A stretch of DNA of 63,503 nucleotides, the filler included, from Octopus bimaculoides (lineage: Eukaryota), in the NCBI RefSeq assembly GCF_001194135.2. It is 9 parts of 8 records of this genome, joined end to end, with 100 filler letters (N's around TTAATTAATTAA, not from the genome) between each part and the next. Parts side by side here need not be neighbours in the genome. Positions count along the whole stretch, not along the records: positions 51,990 to 56,344 come from NC_069004.1; positions 56,445 to 63,503 come from NC_068987.1; 7 more parts are not named here. The stretch is one strand, 5' to 3'. The position numbers were made by a program, and so were the translations under genes. The stretch's first letter is position 1; the number at the start of each line of letters is the position of its first letter. Below the pieces are notes generated by a model. It searched no databases and was not told the DNA's origin. It saw only the letters and a list, made by a program, of their open reading frames with translations. Of the stretch, positions 51,990-63,503 are shown in pieces.

Positions 51990-52097
51990 AAAACATAAAA
52001 AACAGACAGTGTTGGAACTCTTTTAAGCAAAATAATATATTCCTCTATACACAATCATACAAAAAAATCCACCTTTTTTGTATTTATTTTTACTCGC

Positions 52098-52139
<42 letters not shown>

Positions 52140-52142
<3 letters not shown>

Positions 52143-52325
52143 ATCATCATCATTTAATATCCATTTTCCATGCAGACATGGGCTGGATGGCTTGACAGGG
52201 ACAGGCAAGGCCAGGGACCACACTAAGTCCCGTAGTCTGTTTTGGCTAAGTTTCTAGAGATGGAGGTCCTTTCTAACATCAACCACTTTACAGAATGTAC
52301 TGGGTGCTTTTTACATGGCACCTTA
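52140..52325 (-). mobile_element. Family D RTE-tailed element, diverged
   Basis: (CAT)n-TTAATATCCATTTTCCATGCAGACATGGG...CCTTTCTAAC. Confidence 0.7.
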
Positions 52326-52364
52326 GTTTTAGGATCTCAACCCTGTTGAGGTGGGCAGATTTTC

Positions 52365-52960
52365 TTGAGTACAGCAATGCACCACATATCTCAGCCCTCT
52401 AACACACGCAGCGGCAGTAACACTACTGACGCAACCACCACCTCCAGTGGCACCACCACCAACAGCCTCAGCTCCAGCACCATCACCAACACCATCGGAA
52501 GCACCAGCAGCACTGACAGCAGCAGCAGCAACAATAGCAATGGTAGGCATGGCACTGACTCCACACCCCCAAGGAAATGCATTGGATGCAAGGGAACTTC
52601 CTTTAAGAAACACCTTTCCAACCACAGATCCTCCTCCAGGGTTCCAGAAAGGACATCGCTAGCTAACCATATCTGGAAACTGAAGGAAGATGGAATTCCA
52701 TACTCAACATCATGGTAAATCCTCTACCGTCTGGATCCGTACATAAATGGAACCAAACACTGCAAACTATGCATAGCCAAAAGCACAGAAATCCTGAAAA
52801 ACTTGCACATACCAGGGACCATACTGAATTCTAGAAATGAGATTTTCGGGCTGTGCTTGCATTTCAAGAGTTTCCTGTTAGCATTTTGGGAACCGCATAA
52901 TAGCCATAATAGCAATAATAGTGGTATTAGTGATAATTACACCACAGCTGGAAATTGATT
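52365..52960 (+). mobile_element. Penelope-like element GIY-YIG endonuclease C-terminal fragment
   Basis: CIGCKGTSFKKHLSNHRSS...TSLANHIWKLKEDGIPYSTSW*IL...PYINGTKHCKLCI...LNSRNEIFGLCLH matches the PLE GIY-YIG pattern (YIG, H, W.LK, CxLC, LN.R.E..C.H). Confidence 0.88.
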
Positions 52961-53529
52961 GCTGATGAGAGTGGGAGATAACCCCCTGTCTTTTACCCTC
53001 ATGGCCAACAGGTGGCATGGCTGCAGGAGGACAACATAGCTGGAAGCCGATGACCAACACCAAAGGGAGATAATCCCCATTGTTTATATTTGTATCATTT
53101 CCCCCTCCATATTTTAAAGAGGCCATAAGCCAACAGGTCTTAGGGTCTGAAGATATGCCATAAAGGTACCCTTTATGATGAGAAACCCAAGGTAATCTTA
53201 TAAACTGGCCTTCACCAGTAATTAATATCGACTCCTCTATTACTTGGAGTGTGCTTCTTTGGAGTTATGCTTTTCTAAAAAATGATCTATATATATATAT
53301 ATATATATATATNNNNNNNNNNNNNNNNNNNNNNNNNNNNNNNNNNNNNNNNNNNNNNNNNNNNNNNNNNNNNNNNNNNNNNNNNNNNNNNNNNNNNNNN
53401 NNNNNNNNNNNNNNNNNNNNNNNNNNNNNNNNNNNNNNNNNNNNNNNNNNNNNNNNNNNNNNNNNNNNNNNNNNNNNNNNNNNNNNNNNNNNNNNNNNNN
53501 NNNNNNNNNNNNNNNNNNNNNNNNNNNNN

Positions 53530-53825
53530 GACTGAGGACTGGTGAAACCCGATGGCTACACCAGGCTCCAATCTGATTTGGCAGAGTTTCTACAGCTGGA
53601 TGCCCTTCCTAACGCCAACCACTCTGAGAGTGTAGTGGGTGCTTTTACGTGCCACCGGCACGAAGGCCAGTCAGGTGGTACTGGCAATGGCCACGCTCAA
53701 AATGGTGTATTTTGTGCCACCAGCACAAGAGCCAGTCCAGGGGCACTGGCAACGATCTCGCTCAAAAGTCCTTACACATGCCGTGGGCACAAGTGCCAGA
53801 AAGGCGACGCTGGGCACAGGTGCCA
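53530..53825 (-). mobile_element. Family D RTE-tailed element
   Basis: ACTGAGGACTGGTGAAACC...CAGCTGGATGCCCTTCCTAACGCCAACCACTC, shared with the 41200 copy. Confidence 0.85.
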
Positions 53826-54384
53826 AAGTAAAATTAATATTTGTTTAATTTAACCCACTAGCATTTAAACTGGCCATCACATGTTTATTTGCTTCTATTA
53901 CTGGCTGCATATGTTGGTGAACTACATCTACCAACATTATGATGGACATCCAAGCATCCAGAAACAGCTGCTGAACCTGTAATACCTTACCTCCTCCTCC
54001 TCCTCCTCCTCCTCCTCCTCTTTCATTTCCTCTGTTGTTTGTATGCTGTGCAAGTTTCATTTATTATTTTGTAAATATCTATATATTTATGCTTAAATAT
54101 TCATCATCTGAAAATCTTTAGTCTTTGCTTTCTTTATGTTTGCGTGTATACATATATATATATTTTGCATATCAAACCCAAGCTGTTATATTTAATTTAT
54201 TTATCCACATAATTGCCTCTGTATCTGCTCACCTGGATTACTCTTATGGCCGCTCCACTCATAAAAATATCAGAGTCTAAGTTTGAATCAAGTATTTTCT
54301 ATACTGAATATCTCTGGATCTCATCTGTTGACTATATACATACACATATATATATATATAAACAGCTGTAGTGAATTGATACAT

Positions 54385-54700
54385 TAGCCATTTCTTGTTA
54401 TTCATTTATTTATTTATAATTCACCTTTCTCAGAACCTACTCTTCACATGATCTGAAGTATATTGTGGATCCTATATTTAATGCAATGTGCGTTTCTTGA
54501 TTAGCCCAAGGGCTAGTAATATACACAGTAGGGTTTGATTAATCATAAACATAACTTGAATATCTTTCTGCCTGTACTTCGGTACCCACATATGTATTTA
54601 ACTTTCTTGTGTATGCATTTTAATTTTGACCCTAGCCAGTGCCTTGCCATTTAAGTGCCTGATTCACTTGAATCTTAAATCTTGTGTATATATATAAATT
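54385..54700 (+). repeat. Diverged direct repeat, copy 1 (copy 2 at about 55500-55745)
   Basis: Shared blocks include ATTCACCT.TCTC.GAACCT, CAATGTGC.TTTCTTGATTAGC and ATCTTTCTG.CTGTA.TTCGGTAC. Confidence 0.85.
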
Positions 54701-55194
54701 AGTCAGCTGTTTCTCATGTCTGAAAATTTTGATTTCTTCTTGTTGGAGAAAATATCATGAGGAAAAAATGTCAGTGCCATGGATTTGAGGATCTGAATCT
54801 GCTATAGAGTGACCCACTCTCCATGCTTTCAGGACCATCCACTGAAACTAATAGAGAATAAGACAGCAAAATTGCAATGGACTACTACTGGCTCAAGGCA
54901 CTTCTTAGCCAGTCCATCTGGCAGTACCCTCCTCCTCCACCAGTTCAAATATTATGCAGATCAACCATTATTTTTGGTTATATCCACTTGTTATTGGGGT
55001 CTCAAAACAGGTTTGGCTATGTTTAATATAGGTCCTCTTGATCTTACTACTATGGGTGGCTCCAACATGAGAAACAGATCCCTAATAGCATCACTCTCAA
55101 AATGATTGGACCCTACTTTTCCTTGCTTGTATGGGTCAGAAAGAACTTGTTAAGGTATATCTCAATATAAATGCCTGTCTGTTCGTCTATCTAT

Positions 55195-55350
55195 CATCAT
55201 CATCATCATCATCATTTAACGTCTGCTTTCCATGTTGGCCTGGGTTAGATGGTATGACCGGAACTGGTAAGCTGTAGGGCTGCACCAGGTTCCAGTCTGA
55301 TTTGGCATGGTTTTTATGGCTGATGCCCTTCCTAACAGCAGCCACTCCAT
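55195..55350 (-). mobile_element. Family D RTE-tailed element
   Basis: (CAT)n-TTAACGTCTGCTTTCCATG...GATGCCCTTCCTAAC. Confidence 0.75.
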
Positions 55351-55499
55351 GTCAATTCACTACAGCTGTTTCCGATGAATTTTTAATTGATTAATGGAAA
55401 CATTGCCTCATTAGAAAAAAAACAAAACATTTCCATCAGGTGAATGCATGAACCCTGAACCCTAACACTTAAAAACATTCAAAATCCAACAGATGTGCA

Positions 55500-55745
55500 A
55501 CTGTTGTTATTTATTCATTTATTATTCACCTCTCTCGGAACCTGCTCCTTTCATAAATCCAAAGTGTATTATGGACCATACATTTATCTCAATGTGCATT
55601 TCTTGATTAGCTTCAGGGCTGTTGATATACTCAGTTGGGTGCAGTTAATCATATGCATAACCTGAAAATCTTTCTGACTGTATTTCGGTACTTGCATATA
55701 CATTTAAGTGCCATTTAATTCACTTGGATTTTGATCTATTATACA
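55500..55745 (+). repeat. Diverged direct repeat, copy 2
   Basis: Colinear with 54385-54700. Confidence 0.85.
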
Positions 55746-55779
55746 TGGGTGTGTGTGTGTGTGTGTGTGTGTGTGATTA

Positions 55780-56165
55780 CTTGAAGTGGATGGGAGAGGG
55801 AGACCCAGGAAGACATGGGACAAAGTATTGAAAGCTGATCTCAAAACATTTGGGACAAAGTATTGAAAGCTGATCTCAAAACATTTGGGACAAAGTATTG
55901 AAAGCTGATCTCAAAACATNNNNNNNNNNGGGACAAAGTATTGAAAGCTGATCTCAAAACATTTGGGACAAAGTATTGAAAGCTGATCTCAAAACATTTG
56001 GGACAAAGTATTGAAAGCTGATCTCAAAACATTGAGCCCTTTTGAAAGATATGATAAAGGAACAGACAATGGAGCCAGGTGCAGCCCTTGGCCTCACCAA
56101 TCCATTCAAACTATCCAACCAACACCAGCATGGAAAAACAGACATTAAATGAAATGATGATGATG
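55780..56165 (+). mobile_element. RTE-clade LINE 3' end
   Basis: EVDGRGRPRKTWDKVLKADLKTL is typical of an RTE ORF2 C-terminus. The 3' end reads CCAGCATGGAAAAACAGACATTAAATGAAATGATGATGAT. Confidence 0.85.
55817..56034 (+). repeat. 35-bp perfect tandem array (GGGACAAAGTATTGAAAGCTGATCTCAAAACATTT), at least 6 copies across a 10-N gap
   Basis: Units start at 55817, 55852, 55887, 55930, 55965 and 56000. Confidence 0.95.
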
Positions 56166-56344
56166 TATATACCTACACACATGTGCGTGCACACACACAC
56201 ACATTTATATATGTATGTGTGTGTATGTATATATATATATATATATATGAGCGTCCAATAATACTATCCATATCACGTCCTCACTTTGTTGTTTTTTTTG
56301 TTTTTTTGTTATTGTTTTTTTTAACTATATATATATATATATAT

Positions 56345-56444
56345 NNNNNNNNNNNNNNNNNNNNNNNNNNNNNNNNNNNNNNNNNNNNTTAATTAATTAA
56401 NNNNNNNNNNNNNNNNNNNNNNNNNNNNNNNNNNNNNNNNNNNN
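56345..56444. other. Artificial scaffold linker
   Basis: N44-TTAATTAATTAA-N44. Confidence 0.97.
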
Positions 56445-56844
56445 GGAGGAGGAGGAGGAGGAGGAGGAGGAGGAGGTGCAGGAGGGGGAGGAGGAAAGAA
56501 CAAATAAATAGACGAATGCTGTGATATAGAAAATATGTCAGCTGGAATTAAACAAACGTTTGAAGAGGCAAGTTTTACACAAATTGATGACATACAACAA
56601 ACTAGTAGAATGCCTTACATTTCCGTGTTTAATGTAATTAGAGAGCAATTAAATGAAATACATATATAGCATGCTTTAACCTAATAATGCTTTAACACAG
56701 TGTGAGAATATGTCGAAACAGCAGGAGTCGAACTAGAAGAAAACTATGAAAGCTAAAACAGATGAAACTGGAAATAATTGATTCAATTAGTGAAATTAAA
56801 CAGAAAGTTCAACAGTTTGGACGAGTATAAATTAAAAATGTAAG

Positions 56845-57010
56845 CGCAGGCATAGCTGTGAAGTTAAGAAGCTCGTTTTTGCAACCACGTGGTTTTGGGG
56901 CCAGTTTCACTGAGCGGCATCTTGGGTAAGTGTCTTCTATTAAAGCCCAGGGCCGACCAATGCCTTGTGAGTGAATTTGATAGACGAAAACTGTGTGGAA
57001 GCCCATCGTA
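56845..57010 (+). mobile_element. SINE family A, 5' half, diverged
   Basis: GCGCAGGCATAGCTGTG...GGGCCGACCAATGCCTTGTGAGTGAATTTGATAGACGAAAACTG. Confidence 0.8.
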
Positions 57011-58214
57011 TATATATATATATATGTATGTATGTGTGTGTGTATGTGTGTGTGTATGTGTGTGTGTTGACGCTAAGTCTGAACGGCCTAAGGTACGATG
57101 ATATGCTTGTGTGTCGAATTGACAGCGTCGTTAGAACATCGGACAAAATAACTGGCGTTATTTATTCCGGCTTCTTGTTTTCAGAGTACACTTCTCACTG
57201 AAACTAGCATGTCCTTCATCCTTCTGGGCTTTATACAGTACCATTCTTGAGCAGGGGGCATATGAACTTGTTAGAACATCTCACAGGAGCCTTATGCCAT
57301 TTGTCCGGGCTTGTGATGTTCTAGCCCCGCTTTGGCCAAATCGGTTAGTAGACTTAATCCCTTACTTGGTTTAACATCGGAACCTTGAGAGCATATAGCG
57401 GTTTTCACTCTGTTGCAAGCATTCAAACTAAGGTACATACCTCACATAAATCGCAGTGGTCTTTTATAAGATCATAGGAAGGGTCTTCCTCAACCCTACG
57501 CGATAAAAAGAATTTACGTAGACGACCTTCAGAAATATCACCACGAATATAGGGGAGCCTTTATACAGTGGCTCCAGCTTGGAATTGACAGCGAAGTGTC
57601 TTTAAATCACACGTACTATGTGCATATCAGATCTCAGATATACAGAAATGACTGGTTGATCTTTGCTTTCGTCATATATTTTAGGCCAAATGTCTGATCA
57701 GTTAAAACTGACGTGGAGTTACGTACAGCAACTACGAAAATTCGAAAAGAAACAGATCAAACTAAATCGCTAAAATGTAGAAAAAGTGAAATATCACTAT
57801 TGAATAAGGATAGGTCAGGACAGAAGGAAATTATCTGCCATAATTCTCAAGAGCTTAGATTTTAAAATGTCTAGACATACTGTGGGCGGAAAAATTTCTT
57901 TCAAAAAATATCCAAAGAATAAATTTTTCGACTACAGCTTTCTAAGAATCCTATTTCGAATATGTTAAAAAAAAAAACAGCCAAATATATGATTCTCAGA
58001 TTCGAGGAATTACAACATTCAAAATAAACTTCAGAAAAATTACCCAATATAGTTGTGTTGATTGGAATGAAGTGCTTTGCACGAGGTTCAGGGATTGAAC
58101 CCGCAAATTTTGATCTTGAGACGAACACTCAAACCATTATGCCACGTACTTCTAGCCTTTAGGTCGTGTACTTTCACTATAAAAAGTAATCAGTTATTAT
58201 TCATCGATAGAAAT

Positions 58215-58410
58215 ATGGCGAGCTAGCAAAACCGTTAGCACGCCCAGCAAAATGTTTAGCAGCATTTCGTCTATGTTTCAAATCCGCCGAATTCGACTTT
58301 GCCCTTCATCTTTTCAAGATCGATGAAATAAGTACCCGTTTAGCAGTAGGGTCGATGTAATCGACAATCAGCGACAAATTTCAAGCCTTGTGCTATAGCA
58401 GAAACGATTA
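58215..58410 (+). mobile_element. SINE family B
   Basis: GGCGAGCTAGCAAAACCGTTAGCACGC...GACTTTGCCCTTCATC...GGGTCGATGTAATCGAC. Confidence 0.8.
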
Positions 58411-60412
58411 TTCACCGACAGAACTAGAAATAAACATATCGAAACAAAATGGGAAATAACGCAAAATATCTGAAAATAGCAAATATGGCGAAAACAAATA
58501 TTAACCGAAAATAATCACAAATCATACTTTAATAAATTAGTATAAAACAATGAAGTTTACAAAGACATTGCATAAGTTTTAATGTGTATTTTGCGAGTTG
58601 TTTTCCTTATAAATCTAGATGATTTAATCTAAAAATATGAAATTGTCTTATGAATGAATTTCTGTTAATGCAGATGAACATTTTCACACAATAGAGATTC
58701 ATAGAAGTATGTTGTGTGAGCAAAATATACAATCTCCGCTTCGTCTATATATCAATTTCCCTGCCAAATTCTACCAGAATATAGCTCAAAAGGATCTTAA
58801 AACAAAAAACATTCTGCGGTTGTGTGGTTAAGAAGCTCGCTTGCAACCACGTTGTTTCGGTTTTAATCCAACTGCGTGGAACCTTGGGCCAGTATCTACT
58901 AATAATAGCTCCCGGCCGACTAATACTTTGGGAGTGAATTTCGTATATATATATATATATAAATATGTGTTTACATATAATGGTTAGAGTGTTGCACTCA
59001 CGATGCAGCGATCGGGATTTCAATTCCTATACGGGTTGGTGCATTGTGTTCTTGAGCAAAACATTTCATCTTGCATTGCTCTGTGGTCACTTTGACACCT
59101 GACACGTAGTACACAGTGCATCTTCTCAGACAACATTGATTTGATGGAGAGAGTGAGCTAATGTACGGCACGAACTTTTGATCGCTCTAAACAAATCATT
59201 TCTGCAGGTCGTTCGGCAAAAGCTGAACGGTGATACGTCACACACATATGTTCGATAGTCTTCCACACAGTTTCCCTCTATAAAATTCATATTGGGCTTA
59301 CTGCAAAAAACACTTGCCCAAAGTGCCGCGCAGCGAAACTGAACCCAAAATAACTTAGTTTTCAAAGCGAGCTTCTTAACTACACAAAGATGTCTGCACC
59401 GAGATGAACAGATGAAAATAGATTTAACTAAAATATCTCTTGGATAATTTAGAGAATGAGATAAACATTACGACGGAAACCAAAATCCAATATGCCAATC
59501 AAAATCCGTAGCCTAGAAAATTCTTAAACATACAGCAAAATACGTAACGATCACTCCATCTTACCAGGTCGTCAGCCATATTTATCTTTTCCATCGTCTT
59601 GCTCCTTATCCATTATTTAATCTGACTCAACCACCATTATTTTCAGTCTTTATATAACTATTTTTAATACCAATAAATAGTCCTGGGCGGACAGGTAGCT
59701 TTAGGAAAAAAGTATCTTGATCAATACGTTTATTTTTAAAAATCAAATCAAAATTAAACAATGTACTGCCAGTAGCAAACAGCACGAAAATATAGAACGC
59801 ATTTCACTCCTTAAGTTTCACTCACTGCATATAAGATGTACGCGAGCGGCTAAGATAAAAAATAGAAAATCCAGACTCGCCACCAGCAGACCGGCTATCT
59901 GAGCCAACGAGTGCACCTGTACGAAGTCGCTTGACTTTCTCGAAATAGCAGCCAAATCTTACACAAAATCACGCAGTACCGCCTTTAACAAGAAAGGACA
60001 CAACGGATAACGTAATCTTCGATATACTTATACTATATCCGAGAAACAAAAAGGACAGGAGGTGGATGAATAGCAGGTCTTTTGACTATAATTATGTCTT
60101 CTTGGACCAGGAGAATATTTGAAATACATGTATATTTTTTATCTTCTACTTGTTTCAGTCACTGAACTAAGACCATGCTGGGGCAGCATCTTGGAAGTTT
60201 TTTTGTTTTTTTAGTCAAACCAATCGACTCCAGTACTAACGTTTTTGAAAATCTGGTACGAATTCTATCATTCCCTTTTGACGAACTAAGTTATGGGGAA
60301 GTAAACAAACCAACATCGGTTATCAAACTACAGTGGGGACAAGCACAAACACTAAGACACGCACACACATATATATACACACACATATATATATATACAT
60401 ATATATACGCAC

Positions 60413-60453
<41 letters not shown>

Positions 60454-61409
60454 TANNNNNNNNNNNNNNNNNNNNNNNNNNNNNNNNNNNNNNATTACTG
60501 GGCTCGGGGTTATAATAGAAGAAACTTGGCGAAAGTACCGTACAGTAGGAGTGAACGCGAAACCACATGGTTTCAAAATTTCGAAATTAGCTTCTCCACG
60601 ACTCGGAGGAATATAATTCAATGAAAATGAATCCCAGTGATGTAACACAGTAAACATTCAAACACCACTACATCAAAATTTTAGAAAAAAAGGTCTCTAT
60701 TAAATATCATCATGTATCCAGAACTATACCCGAGCAAACTTGCCAGAAAGGTCTATCTTTTTCAGAACTACGATTTCTTTAAAATTCCAACGGGGCACTA
60801 CTTGCAACGTGGAACCGTATTGTGAATGGAATGTAAATTGATCTGGTGGTGTCAAAGAAGAATTTGACACTTCAGCTTGAATTGCAGCATTGAAGTTCTT
60901 TTGGAATCAACAAGAACAATGTGAACATGAATACCAAAAGTCATGTCTTCTATTCTGTTGTCTTTACAATGTTCCTTCAAATTTTGGAAATATGCCAACA
61001 ATTTTTAAGGAAGGGGATATATCGATTACATCGAAACCTGCACTCGATTGATTCTCATTTTATCGACCCCGAAAGAACAATAGGTGAAGGTGACCTCGGA
61101 GCAATTTTAACTCAGGACGTAAGGATTCGGAAGAAATTCCGCAAAGCATTTTTTGCGACGCTCTAGTAACTCTGCCAACTCTCACCGCTTTACAACCTTT
61201 GCAGTATTGAATGTAGCTTAAGTAATTCAAACACAAGAGTCTAGTTATTATCAAGAAATTAATCAACACATTTTACACGATGGAATAAGATACGAAAAGA
61301 ATTTGACAAAATCGTAAAGGAAAGACGCTAGAGTATTAAATATAAAACGACGTCCACAAACTTATTTTTTAAAAAGTGAAGAAGAATTAATTAAAAATTA
61401 TTTAACAGA

Positions 61410-61720
61410 CACTTCGACGGTTACGACGGCGGGGGCACTAGTTGATCCGACCAACGGAACATCCTGCTCGTGAATTTAACGTGCAAGTGATTGATCGCTC
61501 CAGACACACATACCTTTAACGTAGTTCTCGGGGACAGCGTGACACAAAATGTAACAAGGCTGGCCCTTTGATATACAGCTACTACTCATTTTTGTTAGCT
61601 GAATGGACTGGAGCAACGTGAAGTGAAATGCATGACTCAAGGACACCACGCACTGCTGGGAATCGAACTGATTACCTTACGATTGTGAGCCGAATACCTT
61701 AACCAGTTAGCCACGTGCCT
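61410..61720 (-). mobile_element. SINE family C-related, full length, diverged
   Basis: tRNA-like head (GGCTAACTGGTTAAGG...GTTCGATTCCC) with a body and tail shared with 38258-38532. Confidence 0.8.
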
Positions 61721-62609
61721 TCACAAGAATTATTCAAGAAATGCTGGATCTGCAAAGCAGCGTCACTCACGAGTGAGATTGATTTCGTAGCCCGTATCAT
61801 GCTTTTGCTAATTGTTTTAGGTGCCTGTATAGTCGCGAACATATACAGACATCCCACCGGGTCCCTCGCCTCTGATCTTGTGAAACATTCAAGATGTCAA
61901 GGCTGAAATGTGTTTCAGCACCTAGTAGATCTCATTACAGCTGAGTAAACTGGGGAAACGCGAAATGGAGTGTCATACTCAGGTGCCGCAATCCAGTCGA
62001 GGAATTGAACCCACGAATTTATTATTACAAGCTTAACAACATAAACACCAAACCACATGATTTCAATAACGAACTGCTTAAACAGAAATAATGTCAGAAT
62101 CGCAACTGAGTTACATATAAAATATAACGAATTATGTCAGGCAGTTACAAATTACATAATCTAAAGGCAACAGTTCTTATATTCTATGTTATCAAATTCT
62201 GAGTTATTTCTTTTGCAAATTTCTTCTTGCATTCAGAATATTTACCTTCCTTCCATACACTAATAAAGAAAGGTAAGATATCTTTAATACCTGTAATTCG
62301 ATAGTACAAAAATGTTAGCTACTATTGAAATATGTGTTAGCAGCTTATCTCTCTCCAGTTCGTATTATTTCAATTTGTTATACTGTCGCGTCTCATTTTT
62401 GGCAAACTAGGACTTCTAACTTTGCAATATGCATTCTCAGGAACTGGTAGCGCGTAAAATCTTCGTTGGGGACAATAAATTTTCTTTTCACCATAAAATG
62501 AAGATATTCATAGCTTGAGTTGTCAACTGTCTCATCTAAACTTCAGTGTTTACCTCAAAATAATATCATCATAAATTTTCCCAGAATACTTCTTTCATAA
62601 TATTTAACC

Positions 62610-62760
62610 GTAATTTAGCGGTTCGGCAAAAAGTGACCGATAGAATAAGTACTAGGCTTACAACGAATAAGTCCCGGGGTCGATTTGATTCGACTAAAGG
62701 CGGTGCTCCAGCATGGCCGCAGTCAAATGACTGAAACAAGTAAAAGAGTAACCAAGAGAA
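62610..62760 (+). mobile_element. SINE family A, 3' half
   Basis: CGTAATTTAGCGGTTCGGCAAAA...GGCGGTGCTCCAGCATGGCCGCAGTCAAATGACTGAAACAAGTAAAAGAG. Confidence 0.9.
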
Positions 62761-62800
62761 AAGAAATTGACAAAAAATATCTAGACTACACAATAAGCTG

Positions 62801-62842
<42 letters not shown>

Positions 62843-63177
62843 TTTTCTCTTTCTCTGTTTCTCTCAATCTTTTTCTCTCTCTCACTTTTGTTTTCTTTCT
62901 TTCTCCACTCATCTCTCTTTTCGTATAGCTATCTATCTATCAACATAAAAAAACACGTACACACACGTGTGTGCATGTGTGTGTGTGTGTGTGCGTGTGT
63001 GCGTGCGTGTGTGCGTGCGCGTGCATGTGCATGTATTCGCTAGTATCGAACAGGGAGAAACATCGTTCAATACTATAGTGGTGGATAAATGTTTTTTTCA
63101 TTTGTTAAATGCTAGGATAACTGTGGAGTTCCTCTCCAGATGAAATTATTGGTTGTCTCGTTAATCTATCTATCTAT

Positions 63178-63503
63178 CTGTGGAAGGGTGGCGTTCCGAT
63201 GGTGAGGCGATCCATTTGCTGTCAACAACCGTTACGTGGAGGACTGGGGATGCCGTGGTTAATGATGCGCAGACATGCGCTGAGACTGCGGCATCTCTGG
63301 AACTTCATTGACGACGGTGAACAGGTGTGGGCGCCGTTTGTGAGGCATGCCTTCCCGCAGCTCGTCTCACTCACCGAACTGCAAACATGGATCAGGAAGA
63401 GACCGAAACTGGGCGATTGGCACCGCGAGTGTCGCCAAGCTCTACAACAGCTCTGCCGTCCGGGATCAAACTTGTGCAATTTCCAAACGACCAATGCGTT
63501 CTA
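63178..63503 (+). mobile_element. 5'-truncated Tx1/L1-clade LINE ORF2 (post-RT region), open frame running off the window
   Basis: 108 uninterrupted codons, LWKGGVPMVRRSICCQQPLRGGLGMPWLMMRRHALRLRHLWNF...QVWAPFVRHAFP..., matching the L1/Tx1 LW...GGLG.P motif. It is absent from the ORF track because no stop is reached. Confidence 0.85.

Noticed and set aside
55817-56034. 35-bp direct repeats resembling a CRISPR array
   Set aside because: There are no spacers, the sequence is eukaryotic, and the unit derives from RTE coding sequence.

Overview
AT-rich, microsatellite-dense draft eukaryotic sequence, most consistent with an octopod cephalopod (inference from SINE families and repeat content). 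No host gene can be named. The window is a patchwork of nine blocks joined by eight identical 100-nt artificial linkers (N44-TTAATTAATTAA-N44), plus many N gaps. It holds four SINE-like families; three RLE-type LINE fragments; two Tx1/L1-like LINE fragments; an RTE 3' end; a Penelope-like GIY-YIG fragment; an internally deleted Helitron; mariner and DD37D remnants; several MITEs; and minisatellites. The most notable feature is a module at 7545-8029. About 73-bp inverted repeats enclose a type I hammerhead ribozyme with an intact core (7653-7713, palindromic stem III) and a 76-nt pre-miRNA-like hairpin (7871-7946). All calls were made by eye, and SINE and LINE boundaries are approximate.
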